This document shows, one piece after another, positions 1 to 11,279 of a stretch of 26,738 nucleotides of DNA (its first letter is position 1; each line of letters starts with the position of its first letter). The stretch is taken from contig JAQGDQ010001752.1 of assembly GCA_030141605.1 (NCBI GenBank), forward strand, positions 1 through 26,738. Reading direction: 5' to 3'. The translations under genes were made by a program, and so were the position numbers. This DNA comes from Tubiluchus corallicola. Taxonomy: Eukaryota > Animalia > Priapulida. The notes under the pieces are model-generated. The model ran no database searches. It had not been told where the DNA came from and saw nothing but the letters and a program-made list of their open reading frames with translations.

Positions 1-443
1 AAAAAATCAGAATACGAATTGGGCTTCGAAGAAATTTCCGTCCTATTTAACGAAAAAATATTCAAGATGTGAAAAAGAGAATCGAAAGTGCCGCCCGACA
101 GTGGTCCTCCCAGAATGCATTTCGTAGCATCATGTGATTTATACGCGAATTACGCGATTTATAAATAATGAATCAAGAAATTTGTCTCGTAAAAACGGAA
201 ATTCTAAGATGAAAGCCTCCAGAACAAATTAAATTTGGTATTTATATTCTCAAATGTATATATTTTACATGTATATATGTATAATATTTTTGATATATAG
301 AACTATATACACTCATATTTTGGTTTGCCAACCCTCGCTTTTATGGATATAGAAAATTTAGAGAAAATCGACCATTAAAGTCACATTGGTGACATAGCCC
401 CGTTTATGAAACATGAGGCCATAGTCACTTTGTTTATCATGTA

Positions 444-706
444 TACATACATACATACATACATACATACATACATACATACATACATACATACATACAT
501 ACATACATACATACATACATACATACATACATACATACATACATACATACATACATACATACATACATACATACATACATACATACATACATACATACAT
601 ACATGCATACATACATACATGCATGCATACATACATACATACATACTTTCATACATACATACATACATACATACATACATACATACATACATACATACAT
701 ACATAC
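444..706. repeat. (TACA)n microsatellite
   Basis: Direct reading. It explains the MYVC/HTYI ORFs. Confidence 0.98.
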
Positions 707-1732
707 GTATCTCTATGCATAAAAATATGGAATCAATTATGCGGAGTTATCTAAGTCAAATGCCGACAGTTTTTACATACTTTTGCATAGGAGTGGCCCA
801 TACTAGACGTTTTTGAGACAATTACGCGATTAATTCTACATCAACGTGAGTCTAATACATGGCGCCCACTGTATTAGCTTAATATCGATAAATACGGACA
901 ATCGACAAATTCGGACCGATGTCCCTCCGGTTTTGTCTGGCAAACCGAGATGTGAGCATATAAGCAAGTATATATAATCAAGACGAAATATAACCATATT
1001 TTTGGCTATTGTCGACGAGACAAAAAATAAACTTTATATTTACAGACCACCGACAGTGAGGCCACAGTGGATCTACATAAATATTAACAGCATCACTGAC
1101 AAGGCACAGTGAAGAAGAAGGATATTGCGGTAACCATTGTGTAGATGAAATAAGTGACATAAGATGTAGATTAATATAAATTAGTAAAGTGCCCTGCAAA
1201 AATTTTACATAAATACACTTATAATCAATAATACGCGAACAACCTACACAGTCCTCATTTACAATGCAAAACCAACAGCAGCTTTTACTGAATTAAAGTT
1301 ATAGACAGAGTATAATGGATGACGTCAGAACAATGGCTTTGCGTCAGCAGTTTTCCAAGTGAAAATTGTCGAAAATAGAACATCTAATAGACCTCAGCTA
1401 AAGTATCTCTAGTGGGATATAAAACCAAAATATAGTCACACTTCATCGCAGCCCTCTTCCTTTCAAAAGATCCATATCTCTCTTCTTCTGAGAGTCCCAC
1501 TAGTGCTGCCAGAACGTTTTTTCCAAAGGTTGTCAGCTTTCAAAATTTCGAAAAAAACTGCGAGTTTGGTCCTGGAAAACTACTAAGCATGCACGCCATG
1601 CTCCTCTCGCAAATCTCTTCTAAAACACGCCTATGATACCCACCTCATTTTGAACAGCCTATGCATCCAGCTCTTCCTGCACTTCTCAGAAATGTTGAGG
1701 TATAAATTTTCCATGGATTAATTCCTTTTCAG

Positions 1733-1862
1733 TTCTTGCTGAGCAAGATGGACCAGTCGTCGTTGCAACCAGCGAACAGACGCATCAGACGGCAGTACCT
1801 CTCCTCGCCGCTGCCGCCCCGCCGAGCCGTTCAAATGTGTACAGTGTGTGGTCAGACTTTCT
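1733..1862 (+). pseudogene. Truncated, frameshifted inverted copy of the first ~130 nt of exon G
   Basis: ccttttcag|ttcttgctgagcaagatggaccagtc matches exon G. There is a 4-nt loss in the Ala/Pro run and a 2-nt gain (tgtgtaca). Homology ends just after the CxxC codons. Confidence 0.85.
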
Positions 1863-1959
1863 TCCGATCATCATCAATTGCTGGAACTGTGAAAAGGCTT
1901 ATTAGTTATTAATTATTGTTATTTCTGGACATTATTTTTGAGGTCTTATTTGATGCGAT

Positions 1960-1963
<4 letters not shown>

Positions 1964-2056
<93 letters not shown>

Positions 2057-2107
2057 CCTCTCTCTCTCTCTCTCCCTCTCCCTCTCTCTCTCTCCCTCTC
2101 TTTCTCT
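1964..2107. repeat. (CT)n microsatellite
   Basis: Direct reading. Confidence 0.98.
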
Positions 2108-2221
2108 CAGGAGATTCAGGATACGTGAATAATGAAAAGCTAAATTACAGACTTATAGACGATTTTGCCACACAAATGTCCGCACTGAACGGGTGATTGT
2201 GAAAACGCATTTACAACTTAC

Positions 2222-2960
2222 CGTTTCGATTGTCATGGGTTGATGACTTTGCTGAGGTAGTTGATTTATCTGGTAGACGGAAGAAGTGGAGGAAGACGGT
2301 CCGGCAATGGAATGAACCGCCGAGAAACACTCCGCACCGGCCGGCGAAGAATCCGGGAATGCGACAGCGGGAAGTGCCGCAGCCTCCTCTTCCTCCAAGA
2401 GATAGGATTTGATTTTCTTACAAACCGCCACGTCCAGCTTCTTATTCAGCACCTCCCGTAGGACCGACTGTTTGTCACCCCCGCTTGTCGCGGTCGCGCG
2501 CATGATGATGTTGCGCAGGGTGTCGCCCGCTTCTTTCGTGCTCTCAGTCGTGCTCTCTGATCCGACGTCAGATCCCTGCAGGGAAGCTTCCGCGGAACCT
2601 TCATCGGCGTCAATCTCCCTGTCGACCGGGGGTTCGTAACGACGCACCTGCTCCCGCTGATGCGTTCTCACGCACGGGCCGACGTGCTCTGTGGCTTTGT
2701 TCACCGAGTAGAAAATCTTGTCGCATCCGGGACACTGCAGGCTCTTCCCGGAGCACTTGTGCACCCGGTCGTTGTGCCGGTTGAAACTGTACGCGTTCTT
2801 GTACTGCTTCGCGCAGAAGTAGCAGTACAAGTCTTCCGGCGACGTCTCCGCTTCCGTTCTCTGAGCTTTCGCTCTCGACTCCAAGATTTCTTCGGCCTTC
2901 CTGGCTGCCCTACTGTCCGCTTTCCTCTTGTCGCGACATTTCTGCAGATGCTCCATCAGG
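2222..2960 (-). CDS. Zinc-finger gene, exon H: completes a C2HC finger, adds C2H2 and C2HC fingers and an acidic/Ser-rich tail
   Basis: Acceptor tttattcgtag|. The G+H splice gives CRYC-HTEFDKKSRLME-HLQKC, followed by CYFC-x12-HNDRVH and CPGC-x12-HVGPC. A consensus donor ACG|gtaagt lies at 2221; if it is unused the frame stops at 2153. Confidence 0.9.
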
Positions 2961-2997
2961 CTACGAATAAAATCAGAAAGAATTTGGAAAAGCGAAA

Positions 2998-3363
2998 GAT
3001 TTTTTCTTGTGCACAATGATTTCAAGGCTAATTGATTTCTTGTGCACAGTGATTTCAAGGCTAATTGATTTCTTGTGCACAATGATTTCAAGGCTAATTG
3101 ATTTCTTGTGCACAATGATTTCAAGGCTAATTGATTTCTTGTGCACAATGATTTCAAGGCTAATTGATTTCTTGTGCACAATGATTTCAAGGCCAATTGA
3201 TTTCTTGTGTACAATGATTTCAAAGCTAATTGGTTTCTTGTGCACAATGATTTCAAGGCTAATAGATTTCTTGTGCACAATGATTTCAAGGCTAATAGAT
3301 TTCTTGTGCACAATGATTTCAAGGCTAATTGATTTCTTGTGCACAATGATTTCAAGGCTAATT
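2998..3363. repeat. 33-bp minisatellite, about 11 copies (gatttcttgtgcacaatgatttcaaggctaatt)
   Basis: Direct reading. It ends about 37 bp before the exon H acceptor. Confidence 0.95.
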
Positions 3364-3515
3364 TATTACAGGCAAATAATATTGAGAGAGAAGCACAGCA
3401 GTAAGGGGCACATTTTATAACACACCACAGGCAGTTACTAAGTTCTGCTTCTATATAAGTGCCACGTGATGAATAGGTGAAAGGTACTGAAGGAGACATA
3501 TTCGTACTCATACTC

Positions 3516-3899
3516 ATATAAGTTTTAACTTAATTTCACATACATTATAATAGTAATATTTGTTAATTTCGTGAGGTAATGTCAAGATGCGAACATTCTC
3601 TGATGTGAAGTATCACAGTATGAGTGTTCATTCAGTCCAGCATATAATGAAGGATTATTTCTTTACGTATTTGTATTGTAGACGACTCTTTAGGGACATG
3701 TCCCAAAAATGTCGTAAGTATAAGTCGACCCCAAAAATTTCACCTTAAAATCGCCTCCCAGAAATTCGACTTGTACATAAGTATATACGGTAATTAACGG
3801 CAGGTAAGCCCAACTATCGATGACATCACAAACTAACATAATTCTCAACAGCAAAAACATTCTACGAGCGTGTTGCACATGTGTGCAAAAGCGAAAATT
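3516..3899 (-). repeat. Inner inverted repeat, left arm (partner 4829-5216), flanked by ~80-bp direct repeats at 3405-3487 and 3900-3982
   Basis: Reverse-complement match; the same spurious peptide (HVQHARRMFLLLRI...) appears on opposite strands in the ORF track. gggcacattttataacacaccacaggcagttact...ggtgaaaggtac occurs on both sides of the arm. Confidence 0.92.
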
Positions 3900-4828
3900 A
3901 GGGCACATTTTATAACACACCACAGGCAGTTACTGAGTTCTGCTTTAATATAAGTGCCACATAATGAATAGGTGAAAGGTACAAGTAATTAATTACTGTC
4001 TCTCATCAGAGGATTAATTACACGAATTCTATTTCATTTTAAGTAATTCATACCCATATTCACACTCATATTCATATTCATTTTGCTGCTGTAGCTCCTC
4101 GCCTTGACTGCCGATTGGCTGGGGGGGGAAACTTGAACAAAACAAAAAACTGTGTGAGTTGCCAAGGTGACGCCATTTTGAAAAACGTTTAGCTGCCAAG
4201 GCGACGCCATTTTGAAAAACATCTAGTTTCTCTTATCGAGGTGCCCTCCCTCCGCTTAACCGTATTGTGCATAAAATGAGCTTGGTTTGCCTGTTCGTCT
4301 GTCTGCAGTGCACGTAAGACACAAATTATCGATGCATATGGACTGACAAACTGCTTTTTTAGCAATTATAACTGAGGGTGCTACACGCAGCAAGCTGTTC
4401 CCTCACGGACTGCCAAAACGCGAAATTTGCCCAAACTCCCATTAAAGCAAAACCAAACCCAATCTTAAACTGCAGGTCAAAACAATCTACCCTTTAAAAC
4501 ATTGAAAGGAATCATGCTATTTTTTCAAAAATGTCTTACATGAAAGAATTATCGCCACACAAACACATTTTCACGTTCGTGTCACTAGCTCTTCACTGTT
4601 ACATGCGTTTTGCCATTCGTTAGTTAGACGGGCACTAGCGCCTGAATTTCGGAAATGCACTGCACAAAAACAGGTGCTGCACCTCTCAGTTCAAATGTGT
4701 TAGTTTGTGATTAACTACACACGTTCGACAACTCATGCGTGAGCAAATTTGAAATTTGAATTTTTATCTAAAAACTTGCCTAGTTTTAGTACAGCACGCT
4801 GAATATCTTATAGCAGCACTGTACTTCA

Positions 4829-5216
4829 ATTTTCGCTTTAGCAAACACGTGCAACACGCTCGTAGAATGTTTTTGCTGTTGAGAATTATGTTAGTTTGTG
4901 ATGTCATCGATATTTGGGCTTACCTGCCATTAATTACCGTATATATTTATGTACAAGTCGAATTTTTGGGAGGCGATTTTAAGGTGAAATTTTTGGGGTC
5001 GACTTATACTTACGACGTTTTTGGGAGATGTCGCTAAAGAGTCGTCTACACTACAAATACGTAAAGAAATAATCCTTCATTATACGCCAGACTGAATGAA
5101 CACTCATACTGTGATACTTCACATCAGAGAATGTTCACATCTTGACATTACCTCACAAAATTAACAAATATTACTGTAATTTATTTTAATGTATGTGAAG
5201 TTAAGTTAAAATTTAT
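4829..5216 (+). repeat. Inner inverted repeat, right arm
   Basis: Reverse complement of 3516-3899. Confidence 0.92.
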
Positions 5217-6027
5217 ATATTACCGGTAAATAAACTAGCGACGGAGCACTCGATCAGAACATGGAAAAGCGCCAATGTTGTGTGGGTGCTGCCACCTGTC
5301 GGCTGCCGCAGGAAGTTTTACACTGGCCTTGTATAAGCGCATTTTATTTGTCAAAAAATCGATTAAATTATTTTTTCTTCAAATGGGAAGGTGATAAACC
5401 ACATCATTTACTCTGGAACATCTTAATATTTTATGGTCGACTCGCACGCAGGTAATATACAAAATGATGCAATTTTCGGTCTTAAAATGCACATCGACTT
5501 GTATACAAGTATATATCAGGGGTGTGCAAATTATCTGACTAGCCGGGCCACATTAAACTTTCCCGCAATTCCTGCGGGCCACAGGCAGTTTGATCAAGGA
5601 GTCAAGTATAGAAAGGAATAATGACGATTTTTTTTGCATCCCACCTGCGTACATCATTACTACTACACTCAAGAAACTATTTCAGAAGTTATTAAAACTT
5701 ATATTACAAACCATATATTTCTACTTTCAGGACAGATAGTGGTAATTTCATTACAATGCATATTAGTAATGTGTATCACACAGTCTGTGTAGTACAGTGT
5801 TATTAAGCTACAACCATCTTGTAAGGGTTAATGGCATCCGATCTAGTAGAAAAAACTACCTGCACTATCTTTGGGATGGTGGCACGGACTTCAGCTGGAT
5901 ACACTCAGTTAATCGACCGGGCCGCACTTTCATTAGGTTGACAAATCTCTTCGCGGGCCGCACAAATTCTCTCGGTGGGCCTCAAGTGGCCCGCGGGCCG
6001 CAATTTGCACACCCCTGGTATATATGG
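4937..6027. mobile_element. Non-autonomous Tc1/mariner-superfamily (Tc2/pogo-like) element with its right TIR interrupted by a hAT MITE
   Basis: ta|CCGTATATATTTATGTACAAGTCGA ... TCGACTTGTATACAAGTATATAT[insert]GG|ta, with TA flanks and CCGTA-type termini. Confidence 0.7.
5517..6017. mobile_element. hAT-type MITE, 501 bp
   Basis: 16-bp perfect TIRs CAGGGGTGTGCAAATT/AATTTGCACACCCCTG and a perfect 8-bp TSD gtatatat (5509-5516 and 6018-6025). Confidence 0.93.
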
Positions 6028-6436
6028 TACGTTTTTAGTCTATTATTTAATTATGAGAAACGCTTTTCGAGTATTAATTGTGTGAAAATGTATACTTTCA
6101 TCGGACTTGAAAATTGGATAGTACATGAAAAATCTTGCTATCCTCCTTTAACTGCTGGTTTTAACAAAAATTTCTTGAGTTACTTTAGCAGAATCATAGA
6201 CTGTCAACCAGGCCGCTCACTTCTTAGACGGGTAACTCTTCTTTTGTGAAAATCACTCCTGCCTTATCAATCTGCCTGAATTTGATTAAAAACTGCACAG
6301 ATATGACACAGAAAACAGCTAAAGCAATTGAGATTTGAAACAAATTCAGTTTTGAAAATGATCTGAAATCGAAATTCGCATTTGAAGATCATTACAAAAT
6401 CAGATTCGGATTCGATGAATTTGCCACATCGTTATC

Positions 6437-6897
6437 CAGGGTTCCCACAGAATGTTAAAATAATTTTCCCTGACCTTTCCCTGACCAAAAATTGATTTGC
6501 CATGACCAAGATAAGCAGAAATTGCATTACCACTACACATATTCAAACATTTCTGCGTATGGACATTCATACGTATGCTGACATATAATGTGCTGACACA
6601 GTTGCAGTAGTGCTAACAAAATTACACTAATCACATTAAATAAACTCTCTTAATCCAATCATTATTTTTGGTACAGAAATCTAAATTGGGAACCTGACAT
6701 AACAAAATTTTATTTGAACACGAATCACCGAAAAATATGTTTGGAAAAATATGGGCACACGGCGATTATTTTTGCAACTTTTTCCAATTTCCCCGATTTT
6801 CCGCCTCATTTTTATCATTTTCCGTGACTTTTTATCAAATTATCTTTTTCCCTGACTTTCCAGGATAAGCCTGTATTTTCAAGGATTTTCCCAGACC
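6437..6897 (+). mobile_element. MITE-like element starting CAGGGTTCCCACAG, right TIR missing; second partial copy at 13677-13790
   Basis: About 110 bp are shared with 13677-13790. Subterminal ttccctgac motifs occur at both ends. Confidence 0.6.
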
Positions 6898-6920
6898 AAA
6901 ACAGTATGCTTCATAATTAC

Positions 6921-7239
6921 CGTGATTTCTTGTCAAATTCCGTGTGGCAGTACCGGCACTGCTCCGGCGCTTTCCCCTTGTGCAGCATCAGCACGTGAAC
7001 GTCTAGGTGCGTCTGACTGTAGAAGTTCACGTCGCAGTCGCCGCACTTGAAGTTTCGCTCGCCGCCCCGACAGTTCATCACGTGCGCCGTGAACTGTTGA
7101 GGGCTGGAAAAAGTCTGACCGCACACTGTACATTTGAACGGCTCGGCGGGGGCGGCGGCGGCAGCGAGGAGAGGTACTGCCGTCTGATGCATCTGTTCGC
7201 TGGTTGCAACGACGACTGGTCCATCTTGCTCAGCAAGAA
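6921..7239 (-). CDS. Zinc-finger gene, exon G: C2HC finger, C2H2 finger and first half of a further finger
   Basis: Acceptor ttttctttctag| and donor CG|gtaatt; 319 nt, phase 1/2. It encodes CTVC-x12-HVMNC, CGDC-x12-HVLMLH and CRYCHTEFDKKSR. Confidence 0.92.
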
Positions 7240-8282
7240 CTAGAAAGAAAATTAATCCACTGGAAAATTTATACCTCTTATTTCTGAGGAACTGGAAAGG
7301 GCTATGGATACATAGACTGTTCAAATAGGGGTGGGTGTCATAGGCGTGTTTAGAATTTGCGAGAGGGCAACGGCGTCCCGTAGCGGGCGTTTTCCCGGAC
7401 CAAACTCGCGATTTTTTCGAAATTTTGACCAAACAGCATGCGGAAAAAACGTTCTAGCGGCGCCTGGTGGGACTCTCGGAAGGAGATATATGGATCTTTA
7501 GAAAGAGGAAGAAGAGGGCTACACGATGATGTGGGCTATATTTTAGGACATGTCCACTGAGAGGAGTACTGGCGAGTTAATTAGATGTTCTATTTTCGAC
7601 AATTTTCGCTTAGAAAACTGCTGACGCAAAGGCATTGTGCTGACGTCATCCATTATACTCTGTCTGTAACTTTAATTCAGTAAAAGCTGCTGCTGGCTTT
7701 GCGTTAGGTAAGTAAAAGAACACTAGGTAGGATGTTCGCACATTGTTGATTATAAGTGTATTTATATGCAAAATTTTTTGCAGGGCCTTTGCTAGTTGTA
7801 TATTAATCTATCTCTATGTATTTCATCTGCAATAGTTACACCACCCGTATATCACTTCTTCTTCCTGTGGCCACCTTATCAGTGGTCACTGTGGCCTCTT
7901 TATGTGGTCACTGTGGCCTCTTTATCAGTGGTCACTGTGGCCAAAGGTTTTATTTTTTTGTCTCGTCGACAATAATAAAAATATGGTTATATTTCGTCTT
8001 GATTATATATACTTGCTTATATGCTCACATCTCGGTTTGCCAGACAAAACCGGAGGGACATCGGTCCGAATTTGTCGATTGTCCGTATTTATCGATATTA
8101 AGCTAATACAGTGGGCGCCATGTATTAGACTCACGTTGATGTAGAATTAATCGCGTAATTGTCTCAAAAACGTCTAGTATGGGCCACTCCTATGCAAAAG
8201 TATGTAAAAATTGTCGGCATTTGACTTAGATAACTCCGCATAATTGATTCCATATTTTTATGCATAGAGATACGTATGTATG

Positions 8283-8316
<34 letters not shown>

Positions 8317-8994
8317 TGTATGTATGTATGAATGCATGCATGCATGCATGCATGCATGTATGTATGTATGTATGTATGTATGTATGTATGAATGTATGAA
8401 TGTATGAATGTATGCATGTATGTATGTATGTATGTATGTATGTATGTATGTATGTATGTATGTATGTATGTATGTATGTATGTATGTATGAATGTATGTA
8501 TGTATGTATTTGTATATGTATATGTATATATGTGGTTAACATATGACGTAAACAAAGTGACGGCCGGCCTCTGCCTGTTTCGCAAAATAACGGACTGTCT
8601 CCATAAGTATAGAGGGCTTTTAATGGTCCAGATTTTCTCCGAATTTTCCTATATCCATAAAAGCGAGGGTTGGCAAACCAAAATATGAGTGTATATAGTT
8701 ATATATAATAAAAATATTATACATATATACATAAATAAAATAATAACATTGAGACCTCGAAATACGAATTTAATTTGTTCTGGAGGGGCTTTCGTATCTT
8801 AGAATTTTCGTTTTACGAGACAAAATTTCTTACGATTCATTATTTATAAATCGCGTAATTCGCGTATAAATCACGTGACGCTACGAAATGCATTCTGGGA
8901 CGACCGCTATCGATTTTCGTTTTCGTATCTTGAATATTTTTTTGTTAAATGGGACGGAAATTTCTTCGAAGCTCGACTCGTATTCTGATTTTTT
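7108..8994 (-). repeat. Right arm of the large inverted duplication (intron F-G plus the 5' part of exon G)
   Basis: Reverse complement of 1-1862, with patchy divergence. Confidence 0.95.
8274..8530. repeat. (TATG)n microsatellite
   Basis: Direct reading; mirror of 444-706. Confidence 0.98.
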
Positions 8995-9034
8995 TTGTAC
9001 GACGGGGTTTTCGTAAGTCGAGTTTCCAATGTAC

Positions 9035-9196
9035 CTAGTTGGCAATGCGCACCATTGTCACCGAAGAAATCCAAAGATGGCGGCATATCAGAAGGCGGTT
9101 CAACATCGTCGCTTGCAATCCGTGATGCGTCCGCTTCGACTTTGACTTGGAATGGTAGACTCTGAGTGCTCGCTTCTTGCAAGGTTGAATCATGCG
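9035..9196 (-). CDS. Zinc-finger gene, exon F (AHDSTLQEASTQSLPFQVKVEAD...GAHCQL)
   Basis: Acceptor cttctttttcag| and donor G|gtacat; 162 nt, phase 1/1. It contains VKVE, which fits the psi-K-x-E SUMO consensus. Confidence 0.8.
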   Translation of the reverse strand, partial: RMIQPCKKRALRVYHSKSKSKRTHHGLQATMLNRLLICRHLWISSVTMVRIAN

Positions 9197-9376
9197 CTGA
9201 AAAAGAAGTTGTGAAAACATGTTGTAACATGGCCATTCGTTTTGACTAGTTTTAATTAGTTTTTAAAAAGTTATGTAGACATCTATATTCTATTAATATT
9301 GTATAAAGAACACGATTATTTAGTGCGCTGTAGGTAAATTGTATTGGCTGAAAGGCAAAAAAAGTGACAATGTTGA

Positions 9377-9450
9377 GCCCAAAACCGGATTCGAACCAGC
9401 TGACTTTGGATTTCAGTTCCAACCCAATGACTCAAAGTAACCAATCAATC
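9377..9450 (-). pseudogene. Degenerate tRNA-like sequence (tRNA pseudogene or SINE head)
   Basis: The minus strand reads ttggaactgaaatccaaagtcagctGGTTCGAATCCggttttgggc: a B-box/T-arm with an anticodon-like arm and a T-run shortly downstream. No clear A-box or acceptor stem is visible. Confidence 0.35.
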
Positions 9451-9466
9451 CCTCTGACAATGGTTG

Positions 9467-9579
9467 TTATTATCATTATCATTAACATTATCATTATCAT
9501 TATCATTACCATTATTATCATCATCATTATTACCATTATTACTGCTGCTGCTGTTACTACTACTACTACGACTACTACG

Positions 9580-9618
<39 letters not shown>

Positions 9619-9664
9619 GCTACTACTGCTACTACTACTACTACTACTACTACTGCTACTACTG

Positions 9665-9720
<56 letters not shown>

Positions 9721-9772
9721 GCTACTACTACTACTGCTACTGCTACTACTGCTACTACTACTACTACTACTG

Positions 9773-9807
<35 letters not shown>

Positions 9808-9820
9808 GCTACTACTACTG

Positions 9821-9861
<41 letters not shown>

Positions 9862-9904
9862 GCTACTACTACTACTGCTACTACTACTACTGCTACTACT
9901 ACTG

Positions 9905-9954
<50 letters not shown>

Positions 9955-10000
9955 GCTACTGCTACTGCTACTACTACTACTACTACTGCTACTGCTACTG

Positions 10001-10065
<65 letters not shown>

Positions 10066-10069
10066 GCTG

Positions 10070-10113
<44 letters not shown>

Positions 10114-10205
10114 GCTACTACTACTGCTACTACTACTACTACTACTACTACTACTCTACTACTGCGACTACTACTACTCTACTACTGCAACTACTGCTAC
10201 TACTG

Positions 10206-10276
<71 letters not shown>

Positions 10277-10353
10277 GCTACTACTACTACTACTACTACT
10301 CTACTACTGCGACTACTACTACTCTAGTACTGCAACTACTGCTACTACTGCTA
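9467..10353. repeat. Compound trinucleotide microsatellite: (ATT/ATC)n followed by ~810 bp of (CTA/CTG)n
   Basis: Direct reading. It explains the poly-T, poly-L and poly-Y ORFs. Confidence 0.98.
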
Positions 10354-10622
10354 CAATTTTGTTTTTACAAAATACGCTTTCATATAATTGCATCGAGTAA
10401 GTATAAGTACATAGGTAAAAAATTATAAAATTCGTGGCCGGGTGTGAAAAATTTCACCCGGGCGATTAGACACAAACAGAAGTGTTTTCATCGCCGGCCT
10501 AGTGTTGTTACTTTGTTTACATAATAACATAGTATGCAATAGTATGTAAACGTTTGATATGAACAGAAGTGCGTCGCAGAAGAGTGACATGCCACGCAAA
10601 CTAACAAACCACAAACACTTAC

Positions 10623-10802
10623 CGAAATTCTCAAATAAATTAGTAGGAACGACTTCAGTTGTAGAAAAACCACTCTCGGACACGGTCGGTTCCTGATCGG
10701 GAGTGGTTGCCACGGTTACCGAACCGGCATCCTCTTCTCTCACTTCGCCAGTCCCATTTGCAGATTCGTCGTCGTTGTCGCCAGCAGCGTCGTGGTCATC
10801 AT
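10623..10802 (-). CDS. Zinc-finger gene, exon E (DDDHDAAGDNDDES...PTNLFENF), acidic and likely disordered
   Basis: Acceptor ggatgtgcag| and donor G|gtaagt; 180 nt, phase 1/1; GC-richer than its flanks. Confidence 0.8.
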
Positions 10803-11018
10803 CTGCACATCCAAATTTGAAGTGTGAGAATTAACGAGCTTTCAAAAATTCAACGACATTGTTTAAAGGAAAACCGGATGATTGTTTAGACTCAATCTCA
10901 TTTTAATTAACTGTCCAAAATGTAGATTTTCTTGCCTACAAAAGTTAACAATTGTTTTTTATATTTGAATAATTAGCTTAGAAAGTTAATTAACGGCAAC
11001 TGAAAACAGCTATTGCTT

Positions 11019-11279
11019 ACGTCAGAAACTAACCACAGTTTGTCCAATGGCAGGCGTCTTCCCTTGCGCGTCAAGCACATTTGCGTAAGTGTTACTGCTT
11101 AAACGCGTGATGTCACCGGAAAATGGGCTCTACATCATATGACGTCAGAAACTAACCACAGTTTGTCCAATGGCAAGCATCTTCCCTTGCGCGTCAAGCA
11201 CGTTTGCATAAGTGTTACTGCTTAAACGCGTGATGTCACCGGAAAATGGGCTCTACATCATATGACGTCAGAAACTAAC
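11019..11279. repeat. 123-bp tandem duplication (2.1 copies) inside the Kolobok-like element
   Basis: acgtcagaaactaac recurs at 11019, 11142 and 11265. Confidence 0.92.

Larger units (their letters stand above)
1..1862 (+). repeat. Left arm of a large inverted duplication (partner 7108-8994); runs off the window edge
   Basis: Colinear reverse-complement match: position 1 pairs with ~8994, the (TACA)n block with the (TATG)n block, and 1733 with 7239. Confidence 0.95.

Noticed and set aside
358-816. MYVC/HTYI repeat ORFs, likewise those at 8164-8688, 12202-12564, 13015-13816 and 24601-24853
   Set aside because: They are simple-repeat translations with no coding signal.
2153-3517. 454-aa ORF as a single-exon gene
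   Set aside because: Its N-terminal part is the 33-bp minisatellite and a duplicated flank. A good acceptor at 2961 joins exon G and restores exact finger spacing.
6131-6145. 15-bp match (aatcttgctatcctc) to the reverse complement of the 35-bp minisatellite unit
   Set aside because: The match is short and does not extend convincingly, so I cannot distinguish it from chance.
1293-7675. One giant TTAA-flanked transposon (ttaa|agttatagacagag ... ctctgtctgtaact|ttaa) capturing exons G and H
   Set aside because: The inverted homology continues about 1.3 kb outside these ends, so the symmetry comes from the larger duplication. A single Kolobok-like end may have been copied with it.
7864-7942. Short ~23-bp triplication, and a 34-bp duplication at 4160-4226
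   Set aside because: These are ordinary local slippage duplications with no further structure.
9377-9450. Functional tRNA gene
   Set aside because: Only the T-arm/B-box is convincing; the D-arm and acceptor stem do not form. It is kept as a low-confidence relic.
9364-10428. Mucin-like poly-Thr or poly-Leu ORFs
   Set aside because: They are translations of a (CTA)n microsatellite, antisense within an intron.
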